Under the pieces are notes generated by a model that had not been told where the DNA came from, made no database searches, and saw nothing but the letters and a program-made list of their open reading frames with translations. From a virus, in the IMG/VR virus record IMGVR_UViG_3300014292_000013, positions 1 through 17,733 of that record: a DNA stretch of 17,733 nt; one strand, given 5' to 3'. This document shows, in pieces, positions 7,382 to 14,609 of the stretch (positions within the stretch are counted from its first letter, which is position 1; each line of letters starts with the position of its first letter). The position numbers and the translations under genes were made by a program.

Positions 7382-7531
7382 GTGAGTTTTACCTCCTTTC
7401 GTTAATATAACTCACACGTGCGTATAGGGTTCTGCTTTGGTGATAGCAGAAGACTGTGGAACAACAACTTCATAGGTGTTGATTAGACAAGAAGAAGACG
7501 GTATTTGAGAGATGCCGTCTTTTTTCTTGTC
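7382..7531 (+). ncRNA. Small RNA candidate (about 150 nt) with an anti-Shine-Dalgarno hairpin loop
   Basis: It is bracketed by the 7348 promoter and a long terminator hairpin (about 7486-7531) with a T-tract. No ORF is present. Hairpin 7382-7388/7409-7415 presents a 20-nt loop containing ACCTCCTTTCGTTAA. Two further hairpins are CTGCT/AGCAG and CAACA/TGTTG. Confidence 0.55.
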
Positions 7532-7555
7532 TTTTATCCTTTTTTGTGTTATAAT
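7527..7555 (+). promoter_or_regulatory. Sigma70-type promoter (TTGTCT, 17-nt spacer, TGtTATAAT)
   Basis: Extended -10 with TG at 7547-7548 and TATAAT at 7550-7555. -35-like TTGTCT at 7527-7532. It lies upstream of the 7601 gene. Confidence 0.55.
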
Positions 7556-7600
7556 ATATGTATCTTAATTCGATAATATGGTAGAAAAAAGGATAAAATT

Positions 7601-7987
7601 ATGAAAGTTTATGGATATGCAAATAATTTAAAGGGCGAACAAATATACGGTCGCCTTGTCGATAGAAAATTCTTACTTGTAAAAGATGCTACATTGGTTG
7701 AAATTAAACCAGATACATTTCAATCTGAACAAGAAATTCGAGTAAAAGAAAGAAATAAGTTAGTGGCGAAAGCCAATCGCAAGGCTACTTCTGAAATTAA
7801 AAAAATTAATAAAAGTAAAACAAAAAATCTTCAGGAACTAGCGACACCAGAAATGCTTGGTAAATATCTTGCCATGATTATGATGCAATGGGTTCGTGGC
7901 AATAAAATTACTGAAGATGAATATACATATGAATATGAAAAAGAAAAGGCGTTAGCGAATTCTGAGTTTAAGGAGATATTATGTTAA
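7601..7987 (+). CDS. Hypothetical phage protein (128 aa), lysine-rich centre
   Basis: ORF with an AAGGA RBS. Confidence 0.7.
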   Translation: MKVYGYANNLKGEQIYGRLVDRKFLLVKDATLVEIKPDTFQSEQEIRVKERNKLVAKANRKATSEIKKINKSKTKNLQELATPEMLGKYLAMIMMQWVRGNKITEDEYTYEYEKEKALANSEFKEILC

Positions 7988-8721
7988 ATTTTTATTACAA
8001 TGGCGATGAATCAGTTCAAACATACGAAGCGGAATTTACATTAGAAATTAAAAACGACTATTACAAAGGTCATGGTACTGTCGATAAAGATAGCATTAAA
8101 ACTTTATATACTAAATTAATCGAAGATGGCAATTATGATGCCGAATTTAATTTAATTGATATAGAAGAACATGAAGGCTTTACAGTGATTAAATATGAAT
8201 CTACTGATTATATTGACGGTTCTTTCTTATTATTCGATTTAGTTTGTGAAGTGCCTAAAGATGTTTATACATATTTTATTTGTTCTCCTAGTTTTGATTT
8301 TTATTATAAGCATGTTGGTAAAAATTCTTTACCGTTTTCTTCTCGTTATTTAGTCTATACAGCTCATAATGGCAGTTATATTTTGTGTGATGATTATAAA
8401 GAAACCATTGGCAAATTAGAAGAAGTAGCACAACGTATTCTTCACGAAGGTGCTTCGTTTACTAAAGATGCGATTTTAATTTCTAAAATTGATAGTGGCG
8501 ATAATAAAGACTTTAATGACTTATTAGACGATTACAAAACGTATGATGTAATGCGTGAAAATATTAATTTTGCGGCTAAACAAGATAGTCCAGAAGAAAT
8601 CATTAAAATGCTTCGTAGTCAATTTGGCGACAATATGGAAATTGTCTTCATTGATGAAGAAACTGGTAAACGTATTGGTGGTCCAAATAAAGAAAAAAAA
8701 GATAATAAAAAATTATCTTAG
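7981..8721 (+). CDS. Hypothetical acidic phage protein (246 aa)
   Basis: ORF with a strong AAGGAG RBS. Its start overlaps the upstream gene's end. Confidence 0.7.
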   Translation: MLNFYYNGDESVQTYEAEFTLEIKNDYYKGHGTVDKDSIKTLYTKLIEDGNYDAEFNLIDIEEHEGFTVIKYESTDYIDGSFLLFDLVCEVPKDVYTYFICSPSFDFYYKHVGKNSLPFSSRYLVYTAHNGSYILCDDYKETIGKLEEVAQRILHEGASFTKDAILISKIDSGDNKDFNDLLDDYKTYDVMRENINFAAKQDSPEEIIKMLRSQFGDNMEIVFIDEETGKRIGGPNKEKKDNKKLS

Positions 8722-8778
8722 GTAATATAAAGGACGGTAGTTTATTTTAATCTTCCTCCTCCTTTGTATAATATATAA

Positions 8779-8910
8779 TAAAACTACTTGTGTAAAAAAA
8801 AGTGATGAGATATAATGTACATAGAGTATTCTATGTAATACAAAAATCTCCTCATTTTGCACACAAAAAAGATGGTTATTCTGAGCAGCGACAGAATAGC
8901 CATCTTTTTT
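8779..8910 (+). ncRNA. Promoter-hairpin-terminator module: short RNA or transcription-attenuating leader
   Basis: Two promoter candidates are present: TATAAT at 8767-8772, and TTGTGT, 17-nt spacer, TATAAT at 8788-8816. A long imperfect hairpin pairs 8788-8811 with 8846-8866 and has an inner 7-bp hairpin (8818-8824/8831-8837). A 13-bp terminator stem pairs 8871-8883 with 8892-8904 and is followed by TTTTTT. Confidence 0.35.
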
Positions 8911-8935
8911 ATTTATATCAGAAAGGAATTTAAAA

Positions 8936-9118
8936 ATGAGTGAACATATTGGCACTATATTAGCAATTATTTTTGTTGTATTATTTTTGTTAGGGAAATC
9001 ATCTTTAAGATTTTTTAATGATGAACATAAAATTGGGATTCGATATAGTTTTAGATTGTTTTTTGAAGAACCAGATAGCCCACATAGCTTTAAATTTGAA
9101 ATTATATGGAGCAAATAA
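8936..9118 (+). CDS. Small membrane protein (60 aa)
   Basis: GAAAGGA RBS. The N-terminal hydrophobic segment is IGTILAIIFVVLFLLG. Confidence 0.5.
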   Translation: MSEHIGTILAIIFVVLFLLGKSSLRFFNDEHKIGIRYSFRLFFEEPDSPHSFKFEIIWSK

Positions 9119-9121
9119 AAC

Positions 9122-9424
9122 ATGAAAAAGAAATTAATTAAAGTATATATTAGAGACCTACAGTTTGATATCCCAGATGTGTCTTTAGAAAAAATAGAAG
9201 AATTATATAAGCAATTACAATGGTCAGAAGCTAGAGATAATTCTGTACATGAAGTGATTAAAAAAATACAAACTTTACAATCAACAATTGAAATATTAAA
9301 AGAACAAATTCAAGAATTAAATGATAGAAAAATAGAATTAGAAAATTTAGTATATGTAAATGGTGAAATAAAAACATACGCAGATATCTTGTCAGAAATC
9401 GAAAAAGATGCTAAGATTAAATAG
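9122..9424 (+). CDS. Hypothetical coiled-coil protein (100 aa)
   Basis: ORF with heptad-like sequence (IQTLQSTIEILKEQIQELNDRKIELENL). Confidence 0.6.
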   Translation: MKKKLIKVYIRDLQFDIPDVSLEKIEELYKQLQWSEARDNSVHEVIKKIQTLQSTIEILKEQIQELNDRKIELENLVYVNGEIKTYADILSEIEKDAKIK

Positions 9425-9462
9425 TAACTTTTCTCTGATTTTAACGAAAGGATATTTGTAAA

Positions 9463-9861
9463 ATGGAAGATATTATTAACCAACCAAAACATTATACTCA
9501 TGGAGGTATTGAGGTACGTCCATTTATCAATTCTCAGGGTTATAATTTTGATATGGGCAATGTTATTAAATATATTGTGCGTGCAGGTATTAAAACACCA
9601 GATAAGTTAATTGACTTAGAAAAAGCATTAAACTATATCAATGATGAAATTAAAAAAGGCAATAAAAAATTACATTTTGAGCCAACAAGTATTTTCATTT
9701 CTGGCTATGAATTTATTAGAAGCCAACCACATTTAACAGATAACCTTAAAAATGTCATTTCTTTATTATCTAAAGATGAAAAAACAGACTGTATTTTAAT
9801 GGCAGAAGTAATTTCTGCACGAGATTTGTTGCAAGAAGAAATTAACATGTTAAAGATTTAA
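9463..9861 (+). CDS. DUF3310-like phage protein
   Basis: The N-terminal pattern INQPKHYTHGGIEVRPFI...NFDMGNVIKYIVRAG...IDLEKALNYI resembles the conserved phage DUF3310 signature (HY..GIE, GN.IKY..R, DL.KA..Y). The RBS context is TTAACGAAAGGA. Confidence 0.65.
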   Translation: MEDIINQPKHYTHGGIEVRPFINSQGYNFDMGNVIKYIVRAGIKTPDKLIDLEKALNYINDEIKKGNKKLHFEPTSIFISGYEFIRSQPHLTDNLKNVISLLSKDEKTDCILMAEVISARDLLQEEINMLKI

Positions 9862-9920
9862 GGTAATAAACCCATTGAAACGTTTTTTAATTCTCTTAAT
9901 TAAGAAAGGAAAGAACTCCA

Positions 9921-10568
9921 ATGGGTTTTTTACTTGCTGTAAAAAATTTTTTACAAGAAAACTGGCGATTACTCGTCGACTGTCTTAGGTGGCTCATACT
10001 TTGTATTCTTATTATATTGTCTATTTTGTATGTTTTGGATAAGTTTGGTCCACGCAACGAAGTAGATACGAAGCCATCTAAAGTCATTAATGCTGACGGT
10101 ACTGTTAATACAAATAAACATTATCAAGAAGCAACCAAAGTACAAACGAATACAATCGAAAGAACATCTTTCGTATATGTTCCCAAAGAAACACCTCGAG
10201 ATGCAGACGTAGAGTTTAATAATGCTGATAAAAAAGTATTTGTAAAAGTAAATGGTCAGCAACACGAAATTGAAAATAATGTAACTGAAACTCAAAAATT
10301 TGAAAATGGCAAATTAGTCGTAACTCAAAAAGAAGAGTCAGTTATTTCAATCGCCGCTCCTAAGCCAGCTAAAACTTCACTTAGTTTTTATTACGGTGGA
10401 GGTAATAATTATGGTGTAGGTGTTAACTACAATATTTCCAAACATGTAACTTTGAACGGACTATATGTTAATCACAAAGCATATGCCGGTGTAACGGTAC
10501 CTATCGGAAACATGGATAGTAGTTCAAAGAAACAAGATATTTCTAAACAAGAAAAGGAAGTGAAATAA
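9921..10568 (+). CDS. Membrane-anchored protein (215 aa), unknown function
   Basis: N-terminal TM segment WLILCILIILSILYVL. The C-terminal part is rich in Gly and aromatic residues in alternating, beta-like stretches (SLSFYYGGGNNYGVGVNYNISKHVTLNGLYVNHKAYAGVTV). Confidence 0.6.
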   Translation: MGFLLAVKNFLQENWRLLVDCLRWLILCILIILSILYVLDKFGPRNEVDTKPSKVINADGTVNTNKHYQEATKVQTNTIERTSFVYVPKETPRDADVEFNNADKKVFVKVNGQQHEIENNVTETQKFENGKLVVTQKEESVISIAAPKPAKTSLSFYYGGGNNYGVGVNYNISKHVTLNGLYVNHKAYAGVTVPIGNMDSSSKKQDISKQEKEVK

Positions 10569-10569
10569 T

Positions 10570-10779
10570 ATGCCAGAAGGTGCAGGTACTGAAGTACACG
10601 CAGCAGCAGCAACTCCAGTTTTTAACGTAATGTGCAAAGGTCACAAATACATGTTCTCTAGCGATATCGTTCCAAAAGATGATGCTATGCATGTAGTAAA
10701 AGCAACGGATTTGTTGAGCAATACGCTTGAATTGACATTCAAAAATAAAAAATGCGTAAGCGTAGAAATCGTAAAATAA
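10570..10779 (+). CDS. Small hypothetical protein (69 aa), paralogue of the next gene
   Basis: AAGGAAG RBS. The ATG lies 1 nt after the upstream stop. Confidence 0.6.
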   Translation: MPEGAGTEVHAAAATPVFNVMCKGHKYMFSSDIVPKDDAMHVVKATDLLSNTLELTFKNKKCVSVEIVK

Positions 10780-10780
10780 T

Positions 10781-10945
10781 ATGGAATTAAACTACAATAA
10801 CAAAAGGTATTTATTTTCTGAATATATTGAACCAGCAGACACTGGTTTATATACAGCCGTATTAATTGATGGTAACAATGTTCGTTGTGAAATCGTATGG
10901 TTTAACGGCGAACTTCGTGAAATTAACGAACTCGGCAATGAATAA
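10781..10945 (+). CDS. Small hypothetical protein (54 aa)
   Basis: The ATG lies 1 nt after the upstream stop. The product is MELNYNNKRYLFSEYIEPADTGLYTAVLIDGNNVRCEIVWFNGELREINELGNE. Its pattern is similar to 10570..10779 (K.KY.FS..I.P.D). Confidence 0.5.
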   Translation: MELNYNNKRYLFSEYIEPADTGLYTAVLIDGNNVRCEIVWFNGELREINELGNE

Positions 10946-10960
10946 AAATAAATAATAATA

Positions 10961-11020
10961 AAAAGACATGAGTCTGAGCACCTTGTATAATAATGGTGAC
11001 CTCAAACTTGTGTCTTTTTT
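10961..11020 (+). terminator. Long terminator hairpin whose loop is promoter-motif copy 6
   Basis: The arms 10961-10982 and 10995-11020 pair over about 20 bp, with some G-U pairs and small bulges. The 12-nt loop is TTGTATAATAAT. A T-tract lies at 11015-11020. Confidence 0.6.
10981..10998 (+). promoter_or_regulatory. Conserved promoter-like motif, copy 6 (CCTTGTATAATAATGGTG)
   Basis: TATAAT at 10986-10991. A -35-like AAGACA lies 17 nt upstream. Confidence 0.6.
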
Positions 11021-11076
11021 ATTATTTCTTTGGTATAATTGATTATATAAATTTAGGTAGAGAGGAAAAAATAATT

Positions 11077-11355
11077 ATGACCTATACAGGAAAAATGAAT
11101 AAGAGTTTTATTGATGACATTGCAAGTTCTATTAATCGTGTCATTCGTGAAACATCTTTTCGAAGCCAAACAAAATCTAAAAAAAAGAATTTAGATATTA
11201 CATTTAGTTTCAGTGATTTATCTGAGCCAAAAAAAGAATTGTTGTTATTAACAATTCGTAAGATTAAAGATATGAAAGAGGAAGATGTATTATTCTTTAT
11301 TGATTCTATTAATCAATGCGAAAAAGAAAGAGGTACGTACAATGAATATCGTTGA
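11077..11355 (+). CDS. Hypothetical phage protein (92 aa)
   Basis: The ATG at 11077 has an AGAGGA RBS. The track start at 10993 lies inside the promoter/terminator region and was rejected. Confidence 0.6.
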   Translation: MTYTGKMNKSFIDDIASSINRVIRETSFRSQTKSKKKNLDITFSFSDLSEPKKELLLLTIRKIKDMKEEDVLFFIDSINQCEKERGTYNEYR

Positions 11356-11428
11356 ACGAGTGATTCGTAGTTTAGTAACATATTACATTACAGGATTTAT
11401 AATTAGAACATTTAGAAAATTTAAATAA
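11342..11428 (+). CDS. Very small ORF (28 aa), doubtful
   Basis: It overlaps the upstream gene's end. The product is MNIVERVIRSLVTYYITGFIIRTFRKFK. No clear RBS. Confidence 0.2.
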   Translation: MNIVERVIRSLVTYYITGFIIRTFRKFK

Positions 11429-11458
11429 TTATATTAAAAATTTAAGGAGACAAATAAA

Positions 11459-11788
11459 ATGAACAGAGAACGATTAATTAACTTAGCAACAAAATCTATT
11501 AACGTAACAGCAGATGCGATTAATTCTGTTGTGGATTTTACACAAGAAAAATTTAATGAGGCAAAACAAAAAGCAACAGCAAAAGAAGTAGACTTTTCTA
11601 ATGCTACACAAATTCAAAAAGAATTCATTGCAATGATTGCTGAAAATTTACAAGATATTGATGATGCAACAATTATCCAATGTCGTGATATCGTAACGCA
11701 TCAATTAGATTTGAAACATGCGATTATTAAAATTAATGACGACCAAATTACAGTTGAAAATATTGTAGCAGAAAAGGTGAGTAAATAA
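11459..11788 (+). CDS. Hypothetical phage protein (109 aa)
   Basis: Strong AAGGAG RBS. Confidence 0.7.
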   Translation: MNRERLINLATKSINVTADAINSVVDFTQEKFNEAKQKATAKEVDFSNATQIQKEFIAMIAENLQDIDDATIIQCRDIVTHQLDLKHAIIKINDDQITVENIVAEKVSK

Positions 11789-11880
11789 TGATTAGTTTGA
11801 TTTTTTTCGGAATGATAACTGTAGTTATCGGTATTTATGGTGCTAAATTTATTAATAAAATTAGAGGTATCGAAAAATAA
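11788..11880 (+). CDS. Small single-TM peptide (30 aa)
   Basis: TAATG overlaps occur at both ends (11786-11790 and 11878-11882), which suggests translational coupling. The product is MISLIFFGMITVVIGIYGAKFINKIRGIEK. Confidence 0.4.
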   Translation: MISLIFFGMITVVIGIYGAKFINKIRGIEK

Positions 11881-12146
11881 TGACACAAGATATTTTAATT
11901 TTACTTGCAGTAGTAGCCATGTCTTGTATGGCTACTATCTGCTTCATTGTCCACCAAGTATTCGCAACGCGTCGTATGCGTATTGAGTATGATGGTGGTT
12001 ATACAGAAGAAGAAATTGAACAAATTGTAGTAAAAAAATTTAGATTATTAGCTTCTAGTCAATCATTAGAGCCTGGTAATTTTATTTACACTACAACTAC
12101 GAAAGAAACCAATAAAGAACCTAAAACAACAAAAGGGAGAAAATGA
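11880..12146 (+). CDS. Small membrane protein (88 aa)
   Basis: N-terminal TM segment ILILLAVVAMSCMATICFIV. It is coupled to both neighbouring genes. Confidence 0.6.
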   Translation: MTQDILILLAVVAMSCMATICFIVHQVFATRRMRIEYDGGYTEEEIEQIVVKKFRLLASSQSLEPGNFIYTTTTKETNKEPKTTKGRK

Positions 12147-12628
12147 TGTTCAAATATGTAGTTGGAAATATTTTAGATACAGAATGTAAGTATATTCTAA
12201 ATCCAGTTAATTGTGTTGGCACAATGGGTAAAGGGTTAGCTTTACAAATTGCTAAGGCATACCCTGAATCTGTTGAACCATACAAAGAAGATTGCAAAAA
12301 AGATTTATTAAATATTGGTCAATTAACTAGCTTTAAAGCTAAAAATGGTAAAACCATTATTCATTTTCCAACTAAGTATCATTGGAAAAATCCATCTAAA
12401 TATAGTTATATTGAAGCTGGATTAGAAAATTTAGCTTACCACATTAAACATAGTGGTAACGAAACATCATATTTAAGCTTCGCAATTCCTCCACTAGGTT
12501 GTGGATTAGGCGGATTAAATTATGATTTTGTTCATGAATTAATCCAAACTATTTTAAGTAAATTTAAAACTATTACATTCGAATTATATGTGACACAAGA
12601 ATGGTATGATGCACATGTACATTGCTAA
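12143..12628 (+). CDS. Stand-alone macrodomain protein, DarG/TARG1-like ADP-ribosyl hydrolase
   Basis: The motifs NPVNCVGTMGKGLALQ, HFPTKYHWKNPSKYSYIEAGL and IPPLGCGLGGL match the DarG-type macrodomain pattern (VNCVGVMGKGIALQ / NFPTKKHW / PPLGVGNGGL), including the catalytic-loop lysine. At 161 aa it has no C-terminal DarT-binding extension. Confidence 0.85.
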   Translation: MMFKYVVGNILDTECKYILNPVNCVGTMGKGLALQIAKAYPESVEPYKEDCKKDLLNIGQLTSFKAKNGKTIIHFPTKYHWKNPSKYSYIEAGLENLAYHIKHSGNETSYLSFAIPPLGCGLGGLNYDFVHELIQTILSKFKTITFELYVTQEWYDAHVHC

Positions 12629-12703
12629 ATATTCTTTTTAGTATTATAATAACAAAGATAAATAAAATATTTTACATAATTTTAACGAAAAGGAAGATTA
12701 AGC

Positions 12704-13213
12704 ATGAATGAACAAACTCAACAAGAAGAACATATTATTATTGACTTAGATAATTTAGTGTTACCTAGATGTCGATTTGAAATAGTATCTTCTTATAAAG
12801 ACAAAAACATTAATTTACCGACACGCAAAACATCTGGGTCCGCTGGTTATGATATTGAGGCTGCGGAAGATGTTATTATTAAACCACATTCTTCCACTGC
12901 TGTACCTACTGGTATTAAAGCATATATGGACGAATGTTTAGTATTGAAAATTTATATTCGCTCTTCATTGGCATTTAAACGTGGATTGATGCTAACTAAC
13001 TCTACAGGTATTATCGATAGCGATTTCTATAATAATGAAGACAACGAAGGACATATTCTTGTAGGTTTGTATAATACTACAGATAAAGAAATTATGATTA
13101 AGAAAGGAGAACGTATTGCTCAAGGTATTTTCGAAGCCTACATTATAACGGAAAACGACGCAGAACAAGAAAAAGAAGTTCGAACTGGAGGCATTGGTTC
13201 TACCGGGAAATAA
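12704..13213 (+). CDS. dut: dUTP diphosphatase (trimeric dUTPase)
   Basis: The canonical motifs are present: GSAGYDI, RSSLAFKRG, GIIDSDFY, GERIAQ and the C-terminal RTGGIGSTGK. Confidence 0.9.
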   Translation: MNEQTQQEEHIIIDLDNLVLPRCRFEIVSSYKDKNINLPTRKTSGSAGYDIEAAEDVIIKPHSSTAVPTGIKAYMDECLVLKIYIRSSLAFKRGLMLTNSTGIIDSDFYNNEDNEGHILVGLYNTTDKEIMIKKGERIAQGIFEAYIITENDAEQEKEVRTGGIGSTGK

Positions 13214-13231
13214 TACGTTTTATAAATAAAA

Positions 13232-13426
13232 ATGGACTACATTAAATTAATGGGAGATAGCGAAGATTGGACACAAGATATTGTTCAAGACTTCGTTGAC
13301 TCTCATAATAATTCTATGGAATTTTTGCTCAGAGAAATTAATGAAAAAGAATCAGATATGTTATATGAATATTATATTGACCAAATGTATAAGGAATTTC
13401 AACAATCTGGTCAAATTCCATTTTAA
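13232..13426 (+). CDS. Small highly acidic protein (64 aa)
   Basis: ORF with a weak RBS and a D/E-rich sequence. Confidence 0.5.
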   Translation: MDYIKLMGDSEDWTQDIVQDFVDSHNNSMEFLLREINEKESDMLYEYYIDQMYKEFQQSGQIPF

Positions 13427-13445
13427 TTGTTAGAAAGATATAAAT

Positions 13446-13886
13446 ATGAAAATTCAAAATATTTTAGATAGAAAATTTTGGTGTAAACAAAATTTAATTT
13501 CTATTTTAATTGCAATTATTTTCGGTGTTATTTTTGATTTATTAAAAGTTTGGAATACAGTATACGCATATTATTTAATTGGCTTAGTATTCGTATATCA
13601 AATTTTTATCACATATTTAACACATAAAACAAGACAAGAAATTTGTAATATTCTGGATAAAAAGATATGGTATATATCATTATATAATATTGACATCGAA
13701 GATTTAAAATATTATTTAAAAAGCAATGCCACTTTTTGTTTAGTTGTATTTGCTACTATTATCATAGATTTAATTTTATTGAAATTAGATATTGATATGT
13801 TCAATACTATATATATTATCTTTTCAGTATTTTCTACATCTTATTTGTTAGACCAAATTGCAATTAAAAATATTTTAAAGAAATAA
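13446..13886 (+). CDS. Multi-pass membrane protein (146 aa)
   Basis: About four hydrophobic segments (LISILIAIIFGVIFDLL, YYLIGLVFVYQIFITYL, FCLVVFATIIIDLILL, IYIIFSVFSTSYLL). Confidence 0.6.
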   Translation: MKIQNILDRKFWCKQNLISILIAIIFGVIFDLLKVWNTVYAYYLIGLVFVYQIFITYLTHKTRQEICNILDKKIWYISLYNIDIEDLKYYLKSNATFCLVVFATIIIDLILLKLDIDMFNTIYIIFSVFSTSYLLDQIAIKNILKK

Positions 13887-13905
13887 ATAAAGGAAATAGA
13901 TAAAA

Positions 13906-14358
13906 ATGAAACTTACATTTTTTGAAAAAGCCGTATTAGAAAAAGCGTATGAAAATGGATTGCGTTTTTTTATACGTGTAAATGAAAAAGATATTTTATT
14001 TGTTGAAAGAAATCCAAAAGATACAGTACGTTTAGATTCCATCGAAACAATCTTAGATAATATTGATAGCATTATCGAAAAAACAGAATGTATTTCAGAT
14101 TTTGGTGATTTTAAATTTGCTAATATTCAAGATGTTATTTCTATTGAAAAAACTCTTGGTAAAATTGATTGGACTAAAGTTAAAAAAGATACTCTTGTTA
14201 AAGTGCGTTCATTGAATGGTACAGAACATTTCCGTTATCTCTGTCGTAAAATTGATAATGTCCATGGTATCGAAGTATATCCATTTGGCACAACTTCTTT
14301 GACAGCACCTAATGAAGATACAGAAGTATATTACGATTTTGAATTGATAGAAAAATAA
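13906..14358 (+). CDS. Hypothetical phage protein (150 aa)
   Basis: ORF with an AAGGA RBS. Confidence 0.7.
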   Translation: MKLTFFEKAVLEKAYENGLRFFIRVNEKDILFVERNPKDTVRLDSIETILDNIDSIIEKTECISDFGDFKFANIQDVISIEKTLGKIDWTKVKKDTLVKVRSLNGTEHFRYLCRKIDNVHGIEVYPFGTTSLTAPNEDTEVYYDFELIEK

Positions 14359-14609
14359 TGAAATCAACTGATATTCAAACATATACCCATAAAGATGGCA
14401 AAATTGTTGAGGCAGTTCAATATATCGGGCAACCTATTTCTGAAGAATGGTTGCCTAAAACTGCTTATATTTTTGATGATGATGGCAGATTGTTTGTTGC
14501 TGGTGAAAGCTTTCAATACGAAGTAGATATTACAGATTATATCGTTAAAGATGGTCGCGGATTATTCTTTGCTTTACCAGAACAAGAATTTCTCGAAAAC
14601 ATTCGGTAA
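14358..14609 (+). CDS. Hypothetical phage protein (83 aa)
   Basis: A TAATG overlap links it to the upstream gene. Confidence 0.65.
   Translation: MKSTDIQTYTHKDGKIVEAVQYIGQPISEEWLPKTAYIFDDDGRLFVAGESFQYEVDITDYIVKDGRGLFFALPEQEFLENIR

Noticed and set aside
8713-9123. A 136-aa minus-strand ORF covering the 8.7-9.1 kb intergenic region.
   Set aside because: It runs antisense through a promoter/terminator module and through the 8936..9118 + strand gene. It has no RBS, and its composition is what an AT-rich antisense frame would give.
12143-12628. Calling the macrodomain gene the antitoxin of a resident DarTG toxin-antitoxin system.
   Set aside because: No DarT-like ORF is adjacent on either side, and the protein lacks the C-terminal DarT-binding half of DarG.
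13232-13426. The small highly acidic protein as a DNA-mimic anti-restriction factor.
   Set aside because: Acidity alone is insufficient evidence, and no recognisable Ocr- or ArdA-like pattern is present. It is left as hypothetical.
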